Origin: a virus
Virus record (IMG/VR): IMGVR_UViG_3300045988_132725
Reading direction: 5' to 3' (one strand)
Length of the DNA: 64,000 bases
The notes beneath the pieces are model-generated. The model did no database searches and had not been told where the DNA came from. It saw only the letters and a list, made by a program, of their open reading frames with translations. Shown piece by piece: positions 29,810 through 38,225 of the stretch. Position 1 is the first letter of the stretch, and each line of letters starts with the position of its first letter. The translations under genes were made by a program, and so were the position numbers.

Positions 29810-31748
29810 ACAACAAATCTACGATAAAATAGTAGGAGCAAACAAGGAGTACCGGCAAGGTACTCCTATCATGTCAGACCTTACCTATGACGTATTGGTT
29901 GACGAACTAAGATTCATCAATCCGGATCATGAGTGGTTTAAAAAGGTGGAACCGGGGATGGATATTGCGGGTCGGAAAGTAAAACTACCGTTCCCGATGA
30001 GATCGTTGGATAAAGTGAAGACTTTTGAGGAGCTATGTCTGTGGTTTGGTAAAGTCGGCATAGGACCAAATGACGATGTGGTTATCACTCCAAAATATGA
30101 TGGTATTAGCTTGTTATGTAATGAGAATGACTGGATGACATATTCCAGAGGTGGTAGCGACAATGAAGGGATGGACTGTAAGCGACATATGGATCTAATG
30201 TCCTCTGTATGGCATCATGACAATGCTCCTGTTGAATATACCTTTGGCGAGGCTATTATCCCAAAATCAATATGGAAAGATAATTTCGAAGGTAAGATAA
30301 ATCCATTGAACGGTCAACCATATAAATCTGCTAGGAACACTGTGGCTGGGTTATTTAGGCGGGACGATCCACCCTCAGAATTACTTAAACACGTATATTT
30401 TATGCGCTATGGAGCTTTTGGGGAAGGGGTTGATAATTTTGATAGCTATATGGATCTCCTTAACCACATGGAAGCATCATTTGTTTATGTGGCAGGAAGA
30501 TACCATACATTTGCCAGTTTTTTGGATACCTTGTTTCTTAAAGAGTTATTTGATGATTGGAGTCAAGATTTCGCTATTGACGGTCTTGTTATCTACGTGA
30601 ACGATATGAGACGCTGGAAAGAGATTGGCCGTCACTCATCAACGGGTAATCCTCAGTGGGCAATTGCCTATAAGCCGGAGGAGTTTACGGGCGCTGAGAT
30701 CACCACTGTTCAATCCGTCAATTGTAAGGTGTCTAAATCCGGATGTCTAAAACCTACCGTGGCTGTTGACGCTGTAGAGCTGGAAGGAGCCACTATCGAT
30801 AACCCTACAGGATATAACGCTAAGTTCTGTTTCGACAAAGGTATTGGCGTTGGAGCTGAGATAAGAATAATCAGGTCTGGGATGGTTATACCAAAAATCC
30901 AAGACGTAATTTGCCCTGTATCCAATGATGTCGTGGAGAAGGCTTTTAAATTCTGTCCTTCATGTGGAAAGGAAACGGTCTGGAATAATTCCTTGGTTGA
31001 GCGTATGTGTCCAGACCCGCTTTGTCCCGGAAGATTATTAGCTAAGTTGATTTACTTCTGCGAGAAGTTGGAGTATGATGAGATAGGAGAGGAAACCTTG
31101 AAGGCGATCTTTAACTCCGGGATCGAGTCTCCGGGAGATCTTCTTCATACGGATCTTTCAACGCTACAGAAGATAGATGGCATTGGTTACGATACCGCTA
31201 GCAAGATCATAGAGAAGAACCGAGGCATTTTTGATGATGGTGTTTCTCTCCCTAAGTTAATGGAAGCATCCGATTGTTTTGATGGAATAGGAGAGAAGAA
31301 GGCAACAATCTTATTGTCTAATGTAGATAATGTGACCTTGAGGTTATGGATCTCTGGAGAATTAACATTGGCTGGATACTTAGTGATGACAAAAATCATG
31401 TCTATGACAAAAGGGGTAGGCGATAAGATGCTAGATGAGTTCTCGAACAAGTGTCAAGGTTTTGTTGAGTGGGTGAGGGGGAACGAGATCCCTATTGCTT
31501 GGGAGAAAGATGAGCCTTTGGGAACATCATTATCCGGAGTGAAGATTTGTTTTACCGGTATCCGAGACAAACAGCTAGAAGCGAAGATCACGAAAGCTGG
31601 TGGTACTGTGTCTGGATCGGTTAGTAAAAATACCACTTATCTGGTTGCTGACGATGTAAATTCCAACTCAAGCAAGGCTGATAAAGCTCGATCGTTAGGG
31701 ATACCAATAATATCGATTTGTGAACTAAATGAAAAAGTAAACTTATAG
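29796..31748 (+). CDS. ligA: NAD-dependent DNA ligase
   Basis: KxDG adenylation motif (ITPKYDGISL), Cys4 finger (CPSCGKE...CPDPLCPGRL), HhH region and C-terminal BRCT (KICFTGIRDKQLEAKITKAGGTVSGSVSKNTTYLVA). Confidence 0.88.
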   Translation: MNNIEQQIYDKIVGANKEYRQGTPIMSDLTYDVLVDELRFINPDHEWFKKVEPGMDIAGRKVKLPFPMRSLDKVKTFEELCLWFGKVGIGPNDDVVITPKYDGISLLCNENDWMTYSRGGSDNEGMDCKRHMDLMSSVWHHDNAPVEYTFGEAIIPKSIWKDNFEGKINPLNGQPYKSARNTVAGLFRRDDPPSELLKHVYFMRYGAFGEGVDNFDSYMDLLNHMEASFVYVAGRYHTFASFLDTLFLKELFDDWSQDFAIDGLVIYVNDMRRWKEIGRHSSTGNPQWAIAYKPEEFTGAEITTVQSVNCKVSKSGCLKPTVAVDAVELEGATIDNPTGYNAKFCFDKGIGVGAEIRIIRSGMVIPKIQDVICPVSNDVVEKAFKFCPSCGKETVWNNSLVERMCPDPLCPGRLLAKLIYFCEKLEYDEIGEETLKAIFNSGIESPGDLLHTDLSTLQKIDGIGYDTASKIIEKNRGIFDDGVSLPKLMEASDCFDGIGEKKATILLSNVDNVTLRLWISGELTLAGYLVMTKIMSMTKGVGDKMLDEFSNKCQGFVEWVRGNEIPIAWEKDEPLGTSLSGVKICFTGIRDKQLEAKITKAGGTVSGSVSKNTTYLVADDVNSNSSKADKARSLGIPIISICELNEKVNL

Positions 31749-31780
31749 ATATTAATTGAGTGTTTTAGAATGTAAAAATG

Positions 31781-31820
31781 CAGTGTATGAATCATAAGAT
31801 TTTGATACACTGTGTTTTAT
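31781..31820 (+). terminator. rho-independent terminator after ligase
   Basis: CAGTGTAT (31781-31788) pairs with ATACACTG (31805-31812), followed by TGTTTTAT. Confidence 0.6.
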
Positions 31821-31894
31821 GGTTGAAAAATTTTGTTTGTTATATAAGTAATACATACCTTCGCATCAGAATGAAACAAAAATAGATTGAAATT

Positions 31895-32491
31895 ATGGCA
31901 AAGAAAGGTGTATTGACAACAGCGGATTATCTTCCATTTAAGGAGTATAAGGAAACAATGTCCAAACTTCATCGTGATGGCTATTATCGTGATGAGCTTT
32001 ATTTTATTCTAGCGTATACAACAGCTCTTCGTGTATCGGATTTACGCATGTTAAAATGGGAAGACGTGTTAAATAAGACATGTTTGGTCGTTACCGAGAA
32101 GAAAACTAAGAAGACCAGACCTATACCATTCAATGATGAGTTTAGAAAAATCGTGTCTGAGCTGTATGAATTATTAGGACATCCATACAAGGGTTGGTAC
32201 ATTTTTGAAGGGAACAAGCAACAACCTATGAGTATCCAACATATCAACCGTAGGCTGAAAGATATCAAGGAGAGATATGACTTATCCATTGAGAATTTCT
32301 CTACCCATACGTTTAGGAAAACATTTGGGCGTAATTACTATGAGACGAGAGGAAAAACAGAGGAGGCCCTTATCCAGCTGCAAAAGGTATTTAATCATTC
32401 CAATGTAGGTATCACTTATGTATATATCGGCATTAGAAATGACGAGATCAACGACTTTTACAAAAACATTAAATATAGAGACGATGATTGA
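31895..32491 (+). CDS. small tyrosine recombinase (catalytic domain only, 198 aa)
   Basis: ALRVSDLRMLKWEDV (Arg I), HTFRKTF (H-x-x-R), NHSNVGITYVYIG (His/Tyr). Confidence 0.7.
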   Translation: MAKKGVLTTADYLPFKEYKETMSKLHRDGYYRDELYFILAYTTALRVSDLRMLKWEDVLNKTCLVVTEKKTKKTRPIPFNDEFRKIVSELYELLGHPYKGWYIFEGNKQQPMSIQHINRRLKDIKERYDLSIENFSTHTFRKTFGRNYYETRGKTEEALIQLQKVFNHSNVGITYVYIGIRNDEINDFYKNIKYRDDD

Positions 32492-33086
32492 TTTAAAAAA
32501 GAACAAGGGAAACTACCTAACGTACGATGAATATAGAATTACGCTGGATAGGTTAAGGATGGATCGTATGTGCATTGAGGAGTTATTTTTCGTGCTGGCT
32601 TTCTACACGGGATTAAAACTGTCAGATCTACTTTCCCTCAAATGGAGTGATGTTTTGGACAAGGATGAATTCATATGGATCAAAACCAATCCGTGCAAGA
32701 GGACATTTGCGTTATCGTGGAAAGGACAGGATGTGCGTTCCCGATTGTCATATTTACATGAAGAACTTGGCTCTCCGGAAAAGGATCGATATGTATTTGA
32801 GACGAAAACAGGAAGACATTGTCATAACTCGTTTATTGATGAGTTACTGAAAAGGGTAAGAGATAAATATGATTTACCGGTAAAGCCTCTATACGCAAGC
32901 AGCTTTAGATTAACCTTTTGCCATCATATATATGAGACCGAAGAAAGAAAAGTAAAGGCTATCGCCTTCTTGGATTCATATGTTAGCGGTAAAACTGTTG
33001 ACATAGCCACTAATGGAAGACATATCCCTAGCGAGGAGATAGAAGATGCTTTAAAATCAATGAATATAAAATATAGAAATGACTAA
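32484..33086 (+). CDS. tyrosine-recombinase paralog with degenerate catalytic residues
   Basis: Same layout, but TGLKLSDL (Arg to Lys), SSFRLTF (His to Ser) and no clear H...Y tail. ATG 32484 overlaps the upstream stop (ATGATTGA). Track start 32418 is rejected. Confidence 0.55.
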   Translation: MIDLKKNKGNYLTYDEYRITLDRLRMDRMCIEELFFVLAFYTGLKLSDLLSLKWSDVLDKDEFIWIKTNPCKRTFALSWKGQDVRSRLSYLHEELGSPEKDRYVFETKTGRHCHNSFIDELLKRVRDKYDLPVKPLYASSFRLTFCHHIYETEERKVKAIAFLDSYVSGKTVDIATNGRHIPSEEIEDALKSMNIKYRND

Positions 33087-33366
33087 AGAAGAGTACTATC
33101 AAGTTTTAAAGGATCTGGAGGAATTCTATGATCAAAAGAGAACTGAGTTAATGAAAGATTATGCCAGATCCAATTGCCCTTACAGTGTAGGAGATATCTT
33201 GAAGGATCATATGGGAATAATTAGAGTTGAGCGTATTGAATGCTATTTGACAGATCCTCCACAATGTATGTTTTATGGAACTGAGCTAACTATTAAGTTG
33301 GTTCCAAATAAAAAGAACACAAAGAGAGAAATGTATCAGACAAATGTTATAGAGAAAGTAAGATGA
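33079..33366 (+). CDS. hypothetical protein (95 aa)
   Basis: Overlaps the upstream stop. Confidence 0.5.
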   Translation: MTKEEYYQVLKDLEEFYDQKRTELMKDYARSNCPYSVGDILKDHMGIIRVERIECYLTDPPQCMFYGTELTIKLVPNKKNTKREMYQTNVIEKVR

Positions 33367-33376
33367 GAACATTGTT

Positions 33377-34204
33377 ATGGGAACGATGATTGACAAAATG
33401 GAAGATCCCGATTTCTCTCGGATCATTAAAGTTAGAGAGGAAAATGATAAGCAGTTGGTGTCTGCGAGAGAGTTGTATGAATTTATAGATGGCAAGGAAC
33501 GATTCACTAGATGGATCGGACGCATGTTTGAGTATGGTTTTGTGGAACATGTTGATTATGAGGCGGTGAACATTTTCGTACAGTGCCAAAACGGTATTGG
33601 TGGTACCAATAAGATGGATTATGCTCTGACAATTGATTGCGCCAAGCAAATAGCGATGCTTCAAAGAAACGCACAAGGACAACAAGTAAGAGCGTATTTT
33701 ATTAAATGTGAAGAGTTACTAAAGGAGAAGTTGAAGAAACAAGAGCTTGTTCTTCCGAAAGATTATCCTTCGGCGTTAAGAGCCTTGGCCGATGCTGAGG
33801 AAGAGAAAATGAAGGCGCTGGAGATAGCAAAGGAAAATGAGCTGAAGGTGAAGGAGCGTGACAAGTATATCAAGTCTAACCATCACAAGGTCGATTTCTA
33901 TGATGATTGCGTATATGAGGATGATGAGACCACTTACGACATGAATGGAGCGGCAAAGATCGTAATGGCCAAATATAACAAGGGAAGAAACACGATGATG
34001 GATATTCTCAGATTCTACGGGGTATTGATGCAGGACAATCTTCCTTACGAGAAATATATAAGATCCGGCTATTTTACCGTTAAGATCACGAAACCAAAAG
34101 ATAAGTTCGGGAACCCTAAGACTTGTAAGTCTACTATCGTGACAAGTAAAGGTGTTACGTTCCTGAAGAAGACGATAGACAAATACTATAGTGAGTTCTC
34201 GTAA
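33377..34204 (+). CDS. antirepressor (AntA/Rha-like N-terminus plus KilAC-like C-terminus)
   Basis: ARELYEFIDGKERFTRWIGRMFEYGFVEHVDYEAV is AntA-like. The C-terminus is lysine-rich and resembles the other paralogs. Confidence 0.5.
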   Translation: MGTMIDKMEDPDFSRIIKVREENDKQLVSARELYEFIDGKERFTRWIGRMFEYGFVEHVDYEAVNIFVQCQNGIGGTNKMDYALTIDCAKQIAMLQRNAQGQQVRAYFIKCEELLKEKLKKQELVLPKDYPSALRALADAEEEKMKALEIAKENELKVKERDKYIKSNHHKVDFYDDCVYEDDETTYDMNGAAKIVMAKYNKGRNTMMDILRFYGVLMQDNLPYEKYIRSGYFTVKITKPKDKFGNPKTCKSTIVTSKGVTFLKKTIDKYYSEFS

Positions 34205-34211
34205 AAAAATA

Positions 34212-34246
34212 AGCCCCATCTACTTGCTAGCGGATGGGGCTTTCTT
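34212..34246. terminator. bidirectional rho-independent terminator
   Basis: AGCCCCATC (34212-34220) pairs with GATGGGGCT (34233-34241), flanked by an A-run upstream and TTTCTT downstream. Sits between convergent genes. Confidence 0.75.
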
Positions 34247-34334
34247 GTGGATTTATGTGAAGTAAAGTCTAACTATTGCAAATGAGGCTTTTATATTAGT
34301 TCTTGAATGTATAAAAAGAAATGTTCTAGCAGAA

Positions 34335-35453
34335 TCAATCTTTTTCAGGCTTGATATGCTCTGATGGGTCAAGAGATCTTAACTTAAGTAAAAAACTAAA
34401 ATGTTCTTCTAATTCTTTACTTTTTTTTGTGTCTTCTATTTTAAATTTTTCGGTTGATTCTTTAAATTTCTTTATTGATTTTGTGATTTCTCTTCTAAAA
34501 CGAAGTAATGGAACAAATAAAGGGAAAAATAGTCCGCTAAAGATAGCAAAAGATATAGACGATATTAGAGCAAAAGTTTCATTGAAAATAAGTTCTTTGT
34601 CTAATAATACATTATATAAGATGGAAAGTATCGATATTGATAATAAAATCAGTGTAAAATGAATCAAATTGAAGTAATGAGTAAATATACTAGCTCCTTT
34701 CTTTTTAAATTTAAAAATAGCTCCTATAGCCAAGACAATAATGGCTAATACATAAACAATTGTCATAGACCATGATCCTAAAAAAGGTAATAATCCAATA
34801 ACAAAAGTAGATAATATTAAAGAAAAGAGTATTTTAATACAAGTCGTAAGTTTAAATTCATATAATATATCGCCATTGGAAGGATTTCTTTCCTTTATAG
34901 AAATCCAATAATAACTCCATATATATAACCAATATATAAAAGATGTAATAGAAACTAAACTTACTGTATCAATGCACCATTTTATAGCCCCCCAAAAACA
35001 ATCAAATATAAAAATAAATATACAAAATAAAAATGAATAAAAGAAAGAAGACAAAAATTCAGGTGCTTGGGTTATATTTTTGTATAAATTATCAACATTA
35101 TCCCTTAAAGTAAAATAACTTGTTTGATATTCAACAGTTAAGAACTGTAGCTCGTTTACCAAGCTAAGCATTTCTTGTTTACGTGGATTATTTTCTTCTT
35201 TTGATTTAGCAATAGCACTATAGAGAACTTTATAATTACGCTTTTTTAAAACATCTACAAAATTATCCCCTTCTCTGCTTAAAAACGCTTTAGTCCGTTT
35301 GCAAATAATTAACAATAAATTTTGTATAAAATTATTGCTGTTTTTCTCGATGTTGTCAGATCCAAAAAAACATAAAACAGCTAAAGTCATTATTGAACCT
35401 AAAAAAGTTGCACTATTTCCACTAAGAAAAGTGCATAATAGTACTAGAAGCAT
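34335..35453 (-). CDS. polytopic membrane protein (about 7-8 TM, about 110-aa cytoplasmic loop, charged C-tail)
   Basis: Hydrophobic runs FLSSFFYSFLFCIFIFIF, ITSFIYWLYIWSYYWISI, ILFSLILSTFVIGLLPFLG, IVYVLAIIVLAIGAIF, FTLILLSISILSILY and ISSISFAIFSGLFFPLFVPLL. Very AT-rich. Confidence 0.65.
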   Translation of the reverse strand: MLLVLLCTFLSGNSATFLGSIMTLAVLCFFGSDNIEKNSNNFIQNLLLIICKRTKAFLSREGDNFVDVLKKRNYKVLYSAIAKSKEENNPRKQEMLSLVNELQFLTVEYQTSYFTLRDNVDNLYKNITQAPEFLSSFFYSFLFCIFIFIFDCFWGAIKWCIDTVSLVSITSFIYWLYIWSYYWISIKERNPSNGDILYEFKLTTCIKILFSLILSTFVIGLLPFLGSWSMTIVYVLAIIVLAIGAIFKFKKKGASIFTHYFNLIHFTLILLSISILSILYNVLLDKELIFNETFALISSISFAIFSGLFFPLFVPLLRFRREITKSIKKFKESTEKFKIEDTKKSKELEEHFSFLLKLRSLDPSEHIKPEKD

Positions 35454-35456
35454 GTC

Positions 35457-36017
35457 TCAATTAATGATTTTGTGTGATGAAAGTAAAAGGCTTTGAAACT
35501 GTTTCTTTAATGCTTCAGTGTTTTTAGTGTCATTAAAATTTGCGAAAGCAGAATGTTCTTCTGCTCCTAATTCTCTTCTATATTTATTGTCATCACCGAT
35601 TGAAAAATGAAATTCAGGTTTTAGTTCGCTGTCTAGTTTATAAACTAGAACCTGCCCTTCAGCTATTTTATCCTTTATTAAAGGACTAATATTTGTTGCT
35701 AAGTCTTCTATAAAGCTATGTTCTTTTTTTTCTAAAATAATGGAAAGTTTTCCTCCTCTATTTAAAAAATGAGTAATTTGGTCGTATAGTGGCTGCATAG
35801 GGTTATAATCCCCTTCTGTAACTTCTTTATCTACTTTTTCAGCAAAACTAGTTCTGAAGAGAGAACCTTCACCGCAAAGCATATCGATTTCATTGGAGTG
35901 CCTAAAAATCTCTTTCATTATTATAGCATTATGTGATCTGTCAGCATTCCACATTAATTCATTTCTTTTGCTGTTTGCAATAGTCTCTATCTCGACATTA
36001 TACTCTACTAGACTCAT
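35457..36017 (-). CDS. hypothetical soluble 186-aa protein, first gene of the cassette
   Basis: 3-nt gap to the membrane gene. FHFSIGDDNKYRRE...ANFND is only reminiscent of a PLD HxKxxxxD...GSxN layout (Ser replaces Lys). Not a confident family call. Confidence 0.6.
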   Translation of the reverse strand: MSLVEYNVEIETIANSKRNELMWNADRSHNAIIMKEIFRHSNEIDMLCGEGSLFRTSFAEKVDKEVTEGDYNPMQPLYDQITHFLNRGGKLSIILEKKEHSFIEDLATNISPLIKDKIAEGQVLVYKLDSELKPEFHFSIGDDNKYRRELGAEEHSAFANFNDTKNTEALKKQFQSLLLSSHKIIN

Positions 36018-36037
36018 TTTCTCTAAGTTTGGACGTG

Positions 36038-36045
36038 CAAATTTA
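36038..36045 (-). promoter_or_regulatory. -7 promoter box TAAATTTG for the 186-aa/membrane cassette
   Basis: Plus-strand CAAATTTA, 21 nt upstream of the ATG at 36017. Confidence 0.45.
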
Positions 36046-36220
36046 AATAAATAATTTGATATTGCAATCTCTACATTGCATTAAAATCAAAATACATTGG
36101 GAGTTATCTTGGTTTTTTTATGTTCTTGGGCATAATTTGTTTTTGTTAAGAATATGGCTTCGCCTTTACCCCTCCGATAACATCCCTCAGCAACGTAGTT
36201 GAAGCTTAACTATAACTACT

Positions 36221-36266
36221 ACCTTATATGACATATACAGTATATACTACTGTTACTATATAAGGT
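36221..36266. repeat. nested inverted repeat
   Basis: ACCTTATAT (36221-36229) pairs with ATATAAGGT (36258-36266), enclosing ACAGTA-tatac-TACTGT. Confidence 0.6.
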
Positions 36267-36392
36267 AATACCTATTTACAGGATATTACAAGATTGGTTC
36301 GATATGGGTTGATACAAGCTTCTTACCTAAAACTACGGCGATAAGAGGACTTGGTTGACTAATCTAGATATCAATCACCATATCCGAGCATT

Positions 36393-37094
36393 CTACGACA
36401 CTTCCGCCCCTCCACCTATGTAAGCAACTTCGTTCATAAAAGGATAACCGTTCTGTTGGCCAAGTAGTAGGGAACTCTTGTATGCTACTCGTTTTAAACA
36501 GATCGGCGGCGCTTGGTCTCCTTTCCTCCATGGATAAACCAGAATAGGAACAGCGAGATTGCAAACGTCAGAGCCTTGGTTGACCTGTTTCCAATTACTA
36601 GGATACGTCCAGTTACGGATGCGAATCATAGGATTTTTATTTGTCTTCGGTCACTCGTTTACCGGCTCTCGGTTGATGTTATCGGAGTTCGGGTTGTCAG
36701 GCGTAAGACATAGCCCTAGATTATACCACCGATAAACGAGCGTTCGTAAATACTCGATCTTTTTGTTAGATTTTTGTCAATCTGGGAGAAGAGAGGCACG
36801 ACATTGCAGCCTTGTCTTAAAAACTCCCGTAAGGTTTGTTTTATATTCTCCAGCATCCCTCAACGCAGGAGAAGTAGAACGGTTATTTATTCCCGGATAC
36901 TAATTTTTCTGACTCGAATCTACATCAAGTTTCTGTCTGCCAATAGCTGTATCAAAGCTGGGATAAGGAACAAGATCCTCTAACTCATCCCGGAAAGCAT
37001 TAATAAATGCCGATTGAGGATATTTCCGCTATTGTATCGTCACCAAGGTATAACTATCGACCAACCGGTTAGGATTGACCCACATGATAGACAT
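36393..37094 (-). pseudogene. about 233-codon gene interrupted only by four nonsense codons (no frameshift)
   Basis: One minus-strand frame is open from ATG 37092-37094 to TAG 36393-36395, apart from TAG 37029-37031, TAG 36900-36902, TGA 36777-36779 and TGA 36651-36653. A neighbouring frame has about 19 stops over the same span. GC is visibly higher than the flanks. Confidence 0.6.
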
Positions 37095-37125
37095 GGAGCA
37101 ATGGGATAGGGTACAAAGCGTCCAG

Positions 37126-37148
37126 ACCTTCGGATTTGAAGGTTTTAT
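37126..37148 (+). terminator. plus-strand terminator-like hairpin in a region with only minus-strand genes
   Basis: ACCTTC-ggattt-GAAGGT followed by TTTTAT. Confidence 0.3.
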
Positions 37149-37195
37149 ATAAGAATAGGCTGATTTGATCAAAAAGGGTTTGTGGTTGTTTGATA

Positions 37196-37765
37196 TTAAT
37201 TCGTTACGGAAACAATAATACCTACTGCTTCCATATCACTTATAGTTTGCCTAGCTTCATCTAGCGTACTTCCATGATATAAGTGATCTGCAATGATATT
37301 TAATTTAAAAGATATGCCTCTATGTCCATTACTTATAAAGTCAATAAGAGCTTGACCACAAGCAGGACATGGGCTTTTAGATACTCTCATAATTAACGAT
37401 AAAGTTCCGCTGGCATCAGTACCTTCATCGTCAATGGAATGATCTATAAATGATTGAATGCCAGCTATTGCCTCCGTTTCTGCATGGACTCCATCTTCAC
37501 TTATGCCTGTGCCTATTACAACTTCATTGCCATCATCTTCATTTATAAAGGAAACCTGAGCATAAGTAGTATATCCTGTACTTGATGATTCTTCTGTTGT
37601 GATGAGTCTATTGTAAATAAAATCGCCTTGAATACAATCTCCATTGATCCCGGAAATTAAATTATACTGTCGTGTGGCAGACTCCCTATTATCCATTTGG
37701 TATTTGGGATGATTTGTATTGTTTGGAGAAAGTCTGCTTATTGCATTTTCTTGGTATGAATACAT
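37196..37765 (-). CDS. free-standing zinc deaminase (cytidine/nucleic-acid deaminase fold)
   Basis: H-A-E (GVHAETEAIAG) and P-C-x-x-C (SKSPCPACGQ) motifs about 35 residues apart. 189 aa with no other domain. Confidence 0.7.
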   Translation of the reverse strand: MYSYQENAISRLSPNNTNHPKYQMDNRESATRQYNLISGINGDCIQGDFIYNRLITTEESSSTGYTTYAQVSFINEDDGNEVVIGTGISEDGVHAETEAIAGIQSFIDHSIDDEGTDASGTLSLIMRVSKSPCPACGQALIDFISNGHRGISFKLNIIADHLYHGSTLDEARQTISDMEAVGIIVSVTN

Positions 37766-37781
37766 TTGGTTCGTTTTAAAT

Positions 37782-38060
37782 TTATGGATTATTCTTCTCT
37801 CCTCGCCCCTCTTCTCTTCTCACCAGTTTCCCGTCACTTCCAGCCAAGAACTTCTCGCTGATGCCTTGCTTCTCTGATTTAATGGGAATGGTAACTATGT
37901 TGGTTTGTCTTCTGGCGAATATCGGAGCTACTTGGTAAAGAATCTCTATCGCCTCATCCATTGACAGGTAATAATTACCAGCGTATAGACCGAAGAAGTG
38001 ACCTTGATCTCCTCTTGATATCTTGTGGTAATAGTTCCTCTGTAAGGCAATATTTCCCAT
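37782..38060 (-). CDS. hypothetical 92-aa protein, first gene of deaminase operon
   Basis: 16-nt gap to the deaminase ORF. Basic/acidic C-tail. Confidence 0.55.
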   Translation of the reverse strand: MGNIALQRNYYHKISRGDQGHFFGLYAGNYYLSMDEAIEILYQVAPIFARRQTNIVTIPIKSEKQGISEKFLAGSDGKLVRREEGRGEKNNP

Positions 38061-38078
38061 CGAGCGATTAGTTTACCG

Positions 38079-38086
38079 CAAAGTTA
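38079..38086 (-). promoter_or_regulatory. -7 promoter box TAACTTTG for the deaminase operon
   Basis: Plus-strand CAAAGTTA, 18 nt upstream of the ATG at 38060. Confidence 0.45.
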
Positions 38087-38225
38087 ATGAAAGTGTCTTA
38101 GAAAGCAAGGAAATGGGCTATATTTTGATTTTTTCTTCAAAAATATTGATGATTATCAAATATACTTTCGAAAAAATTTGTCATGATGGTTTTAATTCAT
38201 AATTTCGCACGAAAAAATTGTTAAC

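Noticed and set aside
36364-36983. Four 66-78-aa ORFs on both strands in the 36.1-37.2 kb gap (36364..36564, 36393..36629, 36513..36713, 36774..36983).
   Set aside because: None looks like an independent gene. The minus-strand 36393..36629 ORF is simply the last open segment of the nonsense-interrupted frame. The plus-strand ones have implausible composition.
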